From Setoptus koraiensis (lineage: Eukaryota > Animalia > Arthropoda), in contig CM106586.1 of assembly GCA_048013815.1 (NCBI GenBank), forward strand, positions 6,200,001 through 6,264,000: a stretch of 64,000 nt of DNA, written 5' to 3'. The position numbers and the translations under genes are program-made. Position 1 is the stretch's first letter. Every line of letters starts with the position of its first letter. This document shows positions 36,876-48,781 of this stretch, in pieces. Below the pieces are notes generated by a model. That model saw only the letters and a list, made by a program, of their open reading frames with translations. It was not told the DNA's origin and did no database searches.

Positions 36876-39800
36876 ACAACAACAAATGCATCAGCAACAA
36901 CAACAGCCACAACAGGTGGAACCCGCCAACAACAACAATAGTGAGGACCATCGCAAGCAGAACCATTGCGACATCGAGAAGAGAAGGCGCGACAAAATGA
37001 ATCACTACATCACTAAATTGGCCTCCATGATACCCTCGTGCACGAGCATGCCCTGCAGACTGGACAAATTGACTGTGTTAAGGATGGCGCTGCAACACAT
37101 CAAATCCATTAGAACGTCCCTGTGCGGCTTCTCGTCGTTCCATCTCAGGCCCTCATTTCTGTCCTCGGGCAATCTACTTAAGAATTTGATATTGCAAATG
37201 GCCGCACAGGAGGTAGAGGACAATTTGTTTATTGTTGTATCATGTGATAGGGGCAAGGTTTTGTTTGTCAGCGAGTCATCTAAGGACGTTCTATTCTATG
37301 ATCAGCGCGAGCTCATTGGTCAGAGTCTGTTTGATATATTGCACAAGGAGGACGTGGCCAAAGTGAAAGAACAAATCAATTCAAGTGTTCCACCAAAGGA
37401 GATGCTCGTCGACTCTAGGACATTGCAACCGGTGAAGGGGGTGCGCCAAGCGATGCTTAAATCATCAAACAATCATCAGTATGCCAATGGTTCCACTCCT
37501 CAGCCAGGTTCCAGGCGCAGTTTCTTCTGTAGAATAAAGACTGGTCATTTGCCAAACACCAACAATAGCTACAATATTAAGAATACTAATAACAACAACA
37601 ACAATATTGTTATTAACAACAGTGACACTAACAACAACAACTCAACTGCTGCATATTCCGCAAATCAGCAGAATCAACGTGCTACATCAACGGCTCCATC
37701 AACAAATCACAAGATTATAAACAAATCAGCAACGGCAGGCGAAGAAAATTTACTAGTGCATTTGAGGGAAGAGGAAGCGCCAACTAATCACAAGCAACAT
37801 TGTCAAAATGATCGACTTCAGTCAACCCATTCCCAACGAGTCAACAGATCTTTTGTGGCGGCCGCTAGAAACAATGTAAATGGAAACAATGATAGTAACA
37901 ATAGTGGTAACAACCATGATAATAATAATAATAATAACAATAATAATAGTAATTTAAAATTTAAAAGCTCTAGTAACAACAATCAAGGGACAAATCAACA
38001 ACAGCACCAGCAACAACAGCTCAGGCAAAATGTTGACTCTATACAAGATATTGTCCAAAACAATCAACCCCTAGCATTGATAACAAATTCACCAAATACA
38101 ACAGCCAACAACAATACAAATAATACTAATAATAACAATACTAAAAACAACAGATTCTTGTCTAGAAGGGGTCACGCCAAGTACATTGTGATGCGATGCA
38201 CTGGATATCTCAAGTCTGTTACTATTAGGAACGACGACGACTTTTTTGACATGAATGAATTCGACGGATATGAAAGCGAAAACGATTGCACAAATGAAGA
38301 GGACGGAGAAACAACCAAATGTAGATCAATCAATTGTCTTGTTGCAGTTTGTCGCCGGGTGCCAGTAGATAAAGATTTCAAACCGGATAGACCTATCACA
38401 TTCACGTGCCGTTATTCAGTTGATGGAAAGTTTGTTTTTGCTGACCAAAGAACAACCGTAGCTCTCGGTTATCTGCCCCAAGAACTTGTTGGTACGTCTC
38501 ATTATGAGTATTGTAATCCGGAACATCACAAGATTGTGTCTGATTGTCACAAACAATCGCTGCAGAGAGCCGAGCCCGTCTCATCCGATGTGTATCAATT
38601 TAGAAGAAAGAACGGATCATATCTGTGGCTCCAAACCAGATTGAGGAGCTTTAGAAATCCCTGGACCAAGTACATTGAATTCCTCATAGCCACCCATACT
38701 ACCGCCGAGGAAGTTGAGCCAGCCCACTATAGTCAAGGTTGTGTACCAACAAAATTCAATCAAGATATTACGGCGGCCCAATCATCACAAATATCATCAC
38801 CATCGTCCTCATTTTCTTTGTCTATACCGTCAATGGGTAGCAAGAAATCATCATCACCATCATCATCATCTATTGGCAGCACTTATTCGGTGGATTCATG
38901 GACTCAAGATGGTGTATTCAAGATGTTGAACAATTCCTCACTGAAAGTGGAACGCGCAAAAGTGGGACAATCGATAGCTAAAAGAGTATTAGATTCTTAC
39001 AGAAAGCAAGCAGACTCTATTGGGGTTGCCAGATCGGCGAGTCTTGGCCCCTGTTCCGGCTCGTCGGGCGGTAACGGAACAGAGGATAGTAGCTACTCGG
39101 ATCCGCCATCTTGCTCCTCGCAATCGTCACAAAACAGTATAGCATCAACTGAACTTCAAATGCTATCCAATTACGTCGAAAGTGTTAACAACGAGTCCCG
39201 GGATATTCAAACAAATTCTAACAATCCCAATGCACAATTGTCAAACTCCTCAGCTAGAACTCAGACAACTAGCGCCAACATGGATATGTGTGATACTGAA
39301 TCGGGTTCATCTTCTGGTTATAACGCGTCATCATCTTCTAGATCAGGCAGAGCTTACAGCATTACAAGTGCGACGAAAAGTTCAGAGTCTAGCGGAATTG
39401 GTAGTAGTCCCAACTCATCCGGAGGAGAAACAGGTGGATCAGCAAAGAATAAGTCAGCAGCAGGTCGACATTATCACCATCATCACCATCAACAAATTCA
39501 TCACCAACAAACTCACCGCCAACAAACTCACCACCAACAAACTCACCAACAACAAAATCACCTAATACAGCGAGAAATGGCTTTTATTCCGTCTGGTTGC
39601 TGTGGTTATTTTAACAGTATTGCAGGGCAGGCGGACGTTTACACCACTAACATTGGCGACAACAAAAGTAGTTGTAATCGAGCCACATCGCAAAATGTAA
39701 ACCATCACCATCAAGTGGCCATGTCAACATCATTGACTGTTGAAACTGGCAACAATGAATATGCAATGAATACCGGAAATGCCATTCAATCAAGTTCACA

Positions 39801-39981
39801 TTGTGTAGACACCAACTTGACCATGGCTCCCATAGATGCGGGTTCAGATCTTCACGACATAGGAGCTAATTCTTTATTTGAAGAAATTGACGACGATGTC
39901 CTACTTGAATACATAGCAAATCTGGATTCGGACACAGAATTTCCAAATCTACCAATACACATAATAAATGGTGAGATCTAA
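36739..39981 (+). CDS. cyc: bHLH-PAS clock transcription factor cycle/BMAL1, 1080 aa, intronless
   Basis: RKQNHCDIEKRRRDKMN...LDKLTVLRMALQH; PAS-A (FIVVSCDRGKVLFVSES, SRRSFFCRIK, TGYLKS); PAS-B (DGKFVFADQR, GYLPQELVGTS); FRNPWTK. These motifs fit CYC/BMAL1 rather than ARNT/Tango. Confidence 0.9.
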
Positions 39982-42900
39982 TTTGTTTTGTTTTCACTGG
40001 TGGAGTCTTTTCTACCACTGTTATCCTTTATGGCATCGCCTGTTTCCGTTCTATCATTGACCTTTACAAGTTGAGTGTCTGTGATTTGTTGATTGGGCGA
40101 TGCAACAACAAGTGTCGTCGGCTGTGAAAAGGATGATGAATTAGTTGTTGGCCTTACATTGGCGCTTAAATCGGATGACTCTAAGCTGCTCTCAATGCGA
40201 GATTCTGTTTTGGTTTGATTGTTGTCGGCCTGGCCAGACTTATTGGCTCTATCGTTAGCATAGTTATGACTTCCGTTGCTTGTTCCAGATATGGACGATT
40301 TACGTGATGACGATCCCTGGTTGTTTTTGGCGAGCTGCTCCTGTTTATCGGCGGCCCCCTCATCTGTCACACGATCGCCATGGCCAGACAGCTCATTTAT
40401 GGTGACCGGTTTCATCTTGATCGAATCGGCTTTCTTTTTAACATTGTCCAGCACAATATCGAGATTTCCGCCCGTCGACTTGAGGCGACGATGTCCGCGA
40501 ACTTGTTGCTGATTGTTACTGCTGCTAGATGAGGCCGAGTCTGACAATTTTGCTTTGTCATTTTGTTGCTGCGAATTCTTATCTAAGCCCGATTCGAAAT
40601 CATTTGCGTCTGTTTTGTTGATAGAGTCATTTGTCATATTTTTGCCATTTTTATTTGTTGTACCTTCTTTGGTTTCATCGAAACTCATTTCTTCTATTGA
40701 AGAAAATTGACTATTTGAGCTATTGCTATGTATCCTGTTGTTGCCCGTGGCTGATGTTTCCTTTGGCCGTTGTCGCTGCTTGCCCATCATCAGATCGCCA
40801 CTAGTATTATTATTGTTGTTGTTGTTTCCGGTGTTCATCACGTTCGTCGATTGACTATGAGGTGTAAAGTTCATAGCTGGCGTTGATACGGCCACTGTAG
40901 ATGCAAAATATTTACTAGGACTAAATCTTTTGTCTTGTTGCGACTGCTGTGATGGTGAGATGCCCAAGTCACTGTCTCTGCGTGTCACAGCAATAGTTGG
41001 CTGACTTCTGGTCTGTTCCACCTGTTGATTGTTGTCCATGGGGTGTCTAGATTGGCTATGATCTGTCAAATGAAGATGATTATTGCCATTTATACCCAGG
41101 TCAATGGATGTACCAATTGCCTGTATGTTTGTTGTTTGGGCCACAGTGGCTCGCCTATGAGACGGCCCATGAAGATGATGACTATCATTTCTAGTGAATT
41201 GCAACGAGTTATCATCTTCATCATCAAAATTTTCCACAATTTGATCTCTGGTGTCCATGGTAGCTGAGTCATCGCTTCTATAGATATGATCCGTGCTGCT
41301 AGAATTGTGTTGTGTATTGAAATTATTATCCGCTTGTTTGTGGTTGCTAGTTAAGTTAGTATTAGTTGTATTACTGTTTATGTTGTAATCGATAAATGTC
41401 GATTTGTTTTGATTTAAATCTCTGGCGCGTCTTGCCGATATAGAGCCCAATATATTGCTTAATTGATCATGCGAGCTGACATCAATGGCAACGTTGTTGA
41501 TCGATGACAACGAATCAACATTTATCACATACTTTTTGCCTCTGTTCATTTGTTGTTCCAATGTCATAGGATTAGCCTGACCATGGTTATAGGCACTTGA
41601 GCCATTTGGAGAGCAGAAACTAGTTAGTTTCTTGATACAATTCTTTGCTAAACTGTTTGCAGAGTTTCCGGCGTTAGTCATGTTGTGACGGCTACCCATT
41701 GAGTTGGGCAACAACAGTGCCGCCTGTTTCTCCAGCAACAATCTCAGCTTGTAGGGTGCTCCGCAATTGAGTATGTCTATGGCGTCTCGCAGGAAGATGT
41801 CGTCGAACGATATTGTGAGGCCCTTGATTTTATCGCCTGTTCACCATTGACATTTAAATGGTAAATAGTCGTGAATATATATAGTAAATAAAATTAGTGA
41901 ATCATAGCAATTTAAATGTGCCAATTATGCAAACTGCGTTGACTGCAAAATTAAATCAAAACCATATCAAGACTATGTGTATGAACTCACCCGCCTCAAT
42001 GCAGCCACTTTCGTTGGCGGGACCGCGCGACAGCACCGACCGAACAAAGATACCGTCGCGCTCATTGCCCGTTATGTCAAATCCGAGACCAATAAAATCA
42101 TGTCCGGTTATGTCGACAGCTATGAGATCGCCCTGATTAAACCAAATTGTTTGTGACAAGAATGGTTGATTAGCGCTGATTACTCATTGGCGACAGTTAT
42201 GTCATGTCGGTTACAGTTATGTCACGTGTAAGCGTTTACGATTGTGATCACAATTAACTGTTACTCACCTCTCTGGTGTTTCTCATTTGTCTGCCGTTGC
42301 CAGAGCCATCGGCGGTCAAATCAACAGCATTCAGGTGGCGTCCGTCAAGTTTGGCACCTGTCATTTTGTGAGATAATTTTGTCAGTGGTCAGATAACAAT
42401 AATAAATAGAAACATAATAGAAATATAAATAAATAGAAATATAAAAGGGACTTACCGTTTATTGTTAGTTCGTTGACACTAGACGACAATTGAACTTGAT
42501 GCAAATTGGATATATGCTCATTGAAATGATGATGATGATGATCGTGAGTGTGGGCGCCACCAACAAGCTGCATATCGGCTTGGCCGCTCGTTGAATCACG
42601 ATGATTCAACTGATGATGCAATATATGGTGGTGCTGATGATGATTGTGATTGTTGCTGTTGTGCAATGGCAAGGGCGACAAGGGCGTTGGCGAGCCGGCC
42701 AGCGAAAGATTTGATGGTGATTGTGTATCATTAATTAGTTGATCGTCCTTGAAATATGGATTGTCAAAAGCGTATTCATGTAAATGATCCGAGGTGTTAG
42801 TTGTTGTTGTGCCGCCGCTTAACAGAGCATTATTGTTATTGGCCCTTGATCTGGTTGATGTTGACTTCTGATGGCAACCATTAATAATATTAACGCCCGT

Positions 42901-43001
42901 TGTCTGGCCAACAATTGGACAATTGGATGACGATTGTGACAGGTCATGATGGAGGCGATCGTTCAATCGCATATTGTAGTGCTTTGTGTTCTTGACTAGA
43001 T
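39978..43001 (-). CDS. PDZ-domain gene (periaxin/AHNAK-type PDZ), 3' exons 43001-42456, 42357-42269, 42132-41991, 41836-39978
   Basis: Spliced PDZ reads GLGFDITGNERDGIFVRSVLSRGPANESGCIEAG|DKIKGLTISFDDIFLRDAIDILNCGAPYKLRLLLEK; all introns are GT-AG and phase-compatible. Confidence 0.88.
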
Positions 43002-43461
43002 CTGTTACAAGTGCGATGAAAAGTGCGATTTTCAATAAGGGACACAATACAGACAAACAAAGACAGTTGGTCAGTGGGGCTATTATTGATTTACAATTTA
43101 CATCTAGTAATTTGATTGTTTAACCGTTTGCCATTTGCAAGTGCGGGCGTGTGCTATTCACAACAGGCGAACAACAGCCAGTGGGTGGCCAGACGAAATG
43201 GGTGCGCAAACGTTGGACGTGCAACATTGTTGTCGCCGTCCATTCAAATTGAGATTTATATTCGCATTGGGATTTATATTCGAATTGAGATTTGAATCTA
43301 AATCTCACAATTGTTGTCAGTTTGAATTAGAATTTAAATTTAAATAACAACTTGTGAGCATTGTTGTTGTTATTGTTATTGTGTGCCCGCAACAATGGCC
43401 GCGCCGTCACGTGGGCTCATCGTGGTCGAGCACAGTTCATTAGTGGGTTCATTCATCATTC

Positions 43462-43570
43462 GGTTGTATCATTTGGTTGTATCGTTTGGTTGTATCGTTT
43501 GGTTGTATCGTTTGGTTGTATCGTTTGGTTGTATCGTTTGGTTGTATCATTGGGTCGTATCAATCGGTTG
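43462..43570 (+). repeat. 13-bp tandem repeat (GGTTGTATCGTTT)n
   Basis: Direct reading, ~6-8 degenerate units. Confidence 0.9.
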
Positions 43571-43856
43571 TGTCATTGGGTTGTATCATTTGATCACGAG
43601 ACGAGATTCAGTGCTGACACAAGTAAGCTATTGTGTGAAAGTAAGCTCACGCGTAGTGCATGTGAGACAATGGCGCAAACAAAGACATCCGAATAGCTGG
43701 CGAGCGAGCCCAGGAAAGAGGTTAAAATTAGAGCTGGCCCACAACAACAGCGACAACAACAGCGACAACAACAGCAACAGCGACAACAACAAATTCGCAA
43801 ATTTGCTGTTGTTGCTGTTATCGAGTTGGCCAACGGTTGCACTGCAAAGGTTGCAC

Positions 43857-43932
43857 TGCAACGGTTAGACTGCAACGGTTAGACTGCAACGGTTAGACTG
43901 CAACGGTTAGACTGCAACGGTTAGACTCAACG
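43857..43932 (+). repeat. 14-bp tandem repeat (TGCAACGGTTAGAC)n, ~5 units
   Basis: Direct reading. Confidence 0.9.
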
Positions 43933-46900
43933 GTTGCACTGGGCAGGGTAGGAGTGTGGGCACAAGTATGAATTGTCGGTAACAAGTTGCTGGTAAGTAA
44001 AGTGATATTCTCACTCACAGATGACACCTATCGATTGTGTGTAAACGGCGAGTTGTGTTGTAACGGACGCCAGTGGGCCGTCGCTTCAAGGCTCGGCTTT
44101 ATCTACGGCTCTCTGTTGGCTGTCGCTTTGTTGCCTGGCTGGCTCGTTGACTCGTTGCATTGCTCACGACAGGTGAGTCAAATTGCGTTGGCTGGCATGG
44201 CGATGCGAGAAGCAGCGACATGTGCGTTTGTATCGGATTTGTTGTGTGTGTTGTGGCAGCGGCACGGTTATTTGTTGTTATGCAACTCATAGCAGCGGAT
44301 AAAATAGAAACGGACGGCACACAATTGTCTAGCTCTCTCATATTAGCTCACACACATGACAGGTAGAGGCAATTTAGCATGTGCATTTGCTTATCGTGTG
44401 TTATCATCATCATCATCATCATCATCATCATTTGTTGTATCATGTTATTATTATCGGTGTCCATTACGAGAAACACAATCACTGTTACTGTTACTGTTGC
44501 TAACTCACTAACAGTGTGTGACTCACACACTGATATCATGCAGCTATTCGTATCGATTCTCACGGAAGGGAACGAGCGGCCCACTGACACAACACACAAG
44601 CTCATTCCCATGACAACAAGCCCATCGATTGATTGCAATCACCTGTTTTTTACTATATCTGGTCTGGTTGCCGTTGTCGGTGTTGCCGGCGCTCAGCTGT
44701 GATTGCCGGTCACTTGACAGTTGTTTGCGTGCCAACAACTGCTGTCAAGCAGCGCCTGTCAAACAAATCAAGGTCAAGCTGCTCTCTTGTTAGGCCTGAC
44801 AGTTGCCGCTGACCATTGATAACTGACCAGTGCATTATACAGTGCCTATCAGTTGCAGTGTGTGTGTGTGTGTGTGTGTGTGTCAGTTGTCAGTTGGTCA
44901 GCTGGCCAGCGCGACAATAATTGAGTTATCAAAGTGGCACAAATATTGTTGTTGCTGCTCGTTTGAGCACAATTAATTTGTGTCAGTTCATGTCTCATAT
45001 AACGATATCACACGATGTGCGATCACTAATCATACCATGTCGCTGTTCAACAACAACAAGCGCTCATTTAGCAACATGGCACCACAATGTGCTGTAATAG
45101 CTGCTATCACGGCCACCGTTAATCATATTGGCCAGTGGCGATATTCCGGCCAGTGAGGCGAGTCGCAAAAAGTAGATCACACACTGACAATGACACACAC
45201 AATTTATAACTTGCAACAACACACACACACAAGTGGCACAACAATGGTCGCCGGCGTTGAGTTGCGCCGTGAATTCAATTAGTTGTCTTGTCACTTTTGG
45301 CCAACTTATGGCCAACTTATGGTCAGTGCATCCATCGTGCAGATGATGGATGCATTGCTTTATCGTCCAGATAAAGTGGCGCGTTGATCTTGCTGCAGCT
45401 TGAGCGAATCTCGGCCGATGTCATCTCATGGCAAACAAACAAACAACACAACTGACCGTGTGACAAGCTGCCTGCGACAACAGGCTGGGCGTAGCTCGCT
45501 ATTCATTATTATTCATTATTATTTATTATTATTTATCCATCAGCGTTAACGAAATACCGCAAACGTTTCCACAAGTGACACACGCAACTGACAATTATCA
45601 GCTGGGGCGCCCGCTCGAGATGCATTCATATAGAACAAGTGTAACTGTAACAAGAGTATGTATAACACACGACAACGGCGGCCTCGTTGCAGTTTTAAAT
45701 TCATGGCGACTGCGATTGTTTGCTCGCCCCTGCAACAAGTGCTCGTCGCATCATTTCGAGAACTCGACGCAACTTGTTGCCCGCTGTCACACAAGACAAG
45801 CTACGGCGTTGCGCAACAGATGAAACAAATGAGATCACGATCGTGCCCGTCTCTCCAAACGGCCGCTCTCACAGGCTGTTGTTATACATAGATTATCTAT
45901 AGATAGCACATAGCAAACACACAAATATGAGAACGGGCCTATTGTCAATTGTTGTTGTTGCTGCTGTTGTGCGCATACTTACTGTACATGCAACAACGGT
46001 AGCCGACACAACGGTTAACCTGATTTCTGCCACAAACTGAAGCACATTTATAGCGTTTACAGCATGCTGCATAGCGTGCGTCCAGTTATGATGACATAAC
46101 ACAGTTACGTAACGAGCGACGACCACGACGACGCTGACGACGAGAATGGCAACGGTAAATGGTGCAATCATTATAGTATCGTCTGTATTTATGTGCATGC
46201 ATCCTGCAGACAAATACAGCTATGAGATGCTGATCTAGATCAAATTGAATTGTCAAATTGAATTGTCAAATGAGTCGCGATTGCCGTTGGTGTTATAATT
46301 GTCAAGTGATGATCAATCATTTGACAACTGTGACTCTGTTGCAACCGTCAATTGGTTGCTTGCCCGACACGCTTGTGAGTAACAACGGTGTGAATGGCAT
46401 GACGACATAGATTGCACTGGTTGCATTTAGCTGAGCCATTTATCTCCAGTGGCCACTCGTTGTCGGTGTGGCCGTTGCTAGCTGCTCTATCACTGATGCA
46501 CACTGTCGGCCAGAGTCTAGCGGCCGCTGTGTGACACTTGACGTACACACTGGATATCCGCACTCGATATCCGCACTGGGTATCCGCTCTTGTGAGTATC
46601 CGGTCTGGATACTAGACGCACTGAACAGGATTAAAAAAAGACCTTGCGCTGTGTGACAATTGACAGTGCGAAAAAATTAAATTGTCACAAGCAGCTGACT
46701 GAGTGACAGCAACTGCTCTGTGTCAGTCAACTGTCAAACTTCAACTTGTCCAATTATTTTCATTATTTCATTAGCCTCAACCACTCACACCCTGTCAGCC
46801 AGTCGATGCCAAGCGCATGTTGCGTCCGTAACTGTCGTTACGTAACACATACTCTATTAAGATCTTGTTACGTAACACACACACACACACACACACGCTT

Positions 46901-48749
46901 GTATCTGTCGAGTTTTGTTTGGGCATCATGTCGCCATGGTTACATGGCAACGTGGCAAGCAACATGCGCTCTTCTTTGACAAGTGATGATACTAACAGCG
47001 ATCAGTCAGTGGTGATCATGTGATATATGATCGATGGGCACTGTTATCAGCACACGCACAATTAATAATAACTTTTCATTAATAAATGGATGATTGAATT
47101 GAGTCAAGCGGTCAGTTGTTACTATTATATAACTAACATAGTAGCAAACGGCAGCTGGTCAGTGGTCAGCAAGCCGGTCAATCAATCAATCGATTGGCTG
47201 GCCGCTCTATTCAATCGATCAACATTTATTATTAACGAAACCAATCACTTCGCTTGATGTAATCACTGTAACTCAATAGATGTATTGACTCAAACGATCT
47301 CTATTGAGTCACTAGCTAATCACACTGGCAGGCTTACTCATCGGCTGCCATTTGCGACAGATCCATCAAGTCAGCTGACTTTTAGAGAAAAAGTAATACA
47401 ATTAATTGCAGCACAAACTGAATTTTATCCAGATGATTGAGTTAATAGTGCTCGATATAGCGATACAGCGATACAGCGATATTTCGATATTGCGATATTG
47501 CGATATTGCGATATTGCATGGGACCAGCAAATGGCCAAATGGGTCAAGTTCGTTAAAACTGGCCTCGCCTAATTAACTCACTGTCAGCTGGCTGCGTGTG
47601 TGGCCAGCTGACAGTGAGTTGAGAGGAGAGAGCAATATGCAAATGGAGCTTTTGTGAAATTTTGCGCAACTCGTTGTAAGCGACTCTTGCAGCGACTTTG
47701 AAACGTTTGCTTTCATCGAATGAAAGTTTTAAAGTCGCTCGTCGATCATCGTAAATCAATCCCTTGACCCCAACAAAGGAACAAACTGTCTAATTAATGG
47801 TTGACTCGCTCGCTTTGTAGCTGCAGTATTTCAACTGTTGGTTGGCGGCATTGAGCCGGCAACCTGTGGCCTGTAAGTGGCACAGTGAGAGTGTTTATTG
47901 TAAACAATTTAATCGAAAGTATATAAACAAAAAGATCTGCCTCACATCAACTAACTAACTTTTGTAACTAGCTAACTTTTATAGCCAACTGACTTTTATA
48001 AATAACTAACCTTTTGCCGCCAGTGACCACTCACAAGCAACAATGCAAATCACGGTGGCTGCAATATTGAGCCAAATGCCAACTTGATGCAATTGTGGGC
48101 AGCAGTGGTGTGCGTCGGACAAACATGATTCAAGATTGAATGTTGTGCAATGTTGTGCAATGTTGTGCAATGTTGTGCAATGGTTATCCGGTGATTCATG
48201 GTCTGCGATGCATGCGGCCGACAGTGCAAGGCAATTAAAATTTTGCAAAAATTAAATCGCATCCAAGTGCGAGAAATGACAGTTTGTTATTTAGTCTGCA
48301 GTTTAGAGCGAGCGTGATGTATCAAAGCGACAACGCATAAGCGACATAACATCCAATGAAACAATATAAATTAAATACAATATGAAAGCGCCTCACCCTG
48401 CTGCATGCAACTATAACTACAACTGACTCAACGGAACGGAACGAACCATTCAATTCGATTGCGAACATCACACAACAATCAATTCTAATATTATATAACA
48501 ATCAACTCCAATGTTTTATAATAATCAATTCTAATATTATATAATAATCAATGGTTATATATATATTATACATTACATAAGACTCTTATGATAAGAGGGC
48601 CCACCAATAATACTAATGCACGCAAACAATTCACAGACAATGCCACTCATAGACAAAGTTTGCAATGAAAAGTTGCGATTTGTTCTTTGTGCGAGCGATT
48701 CTTTTGTTTGTTGTTGTGTCTCATGCACATCATCGTAATAGTCGTCATG

Positions 48750-48781
<32 letters not shown>

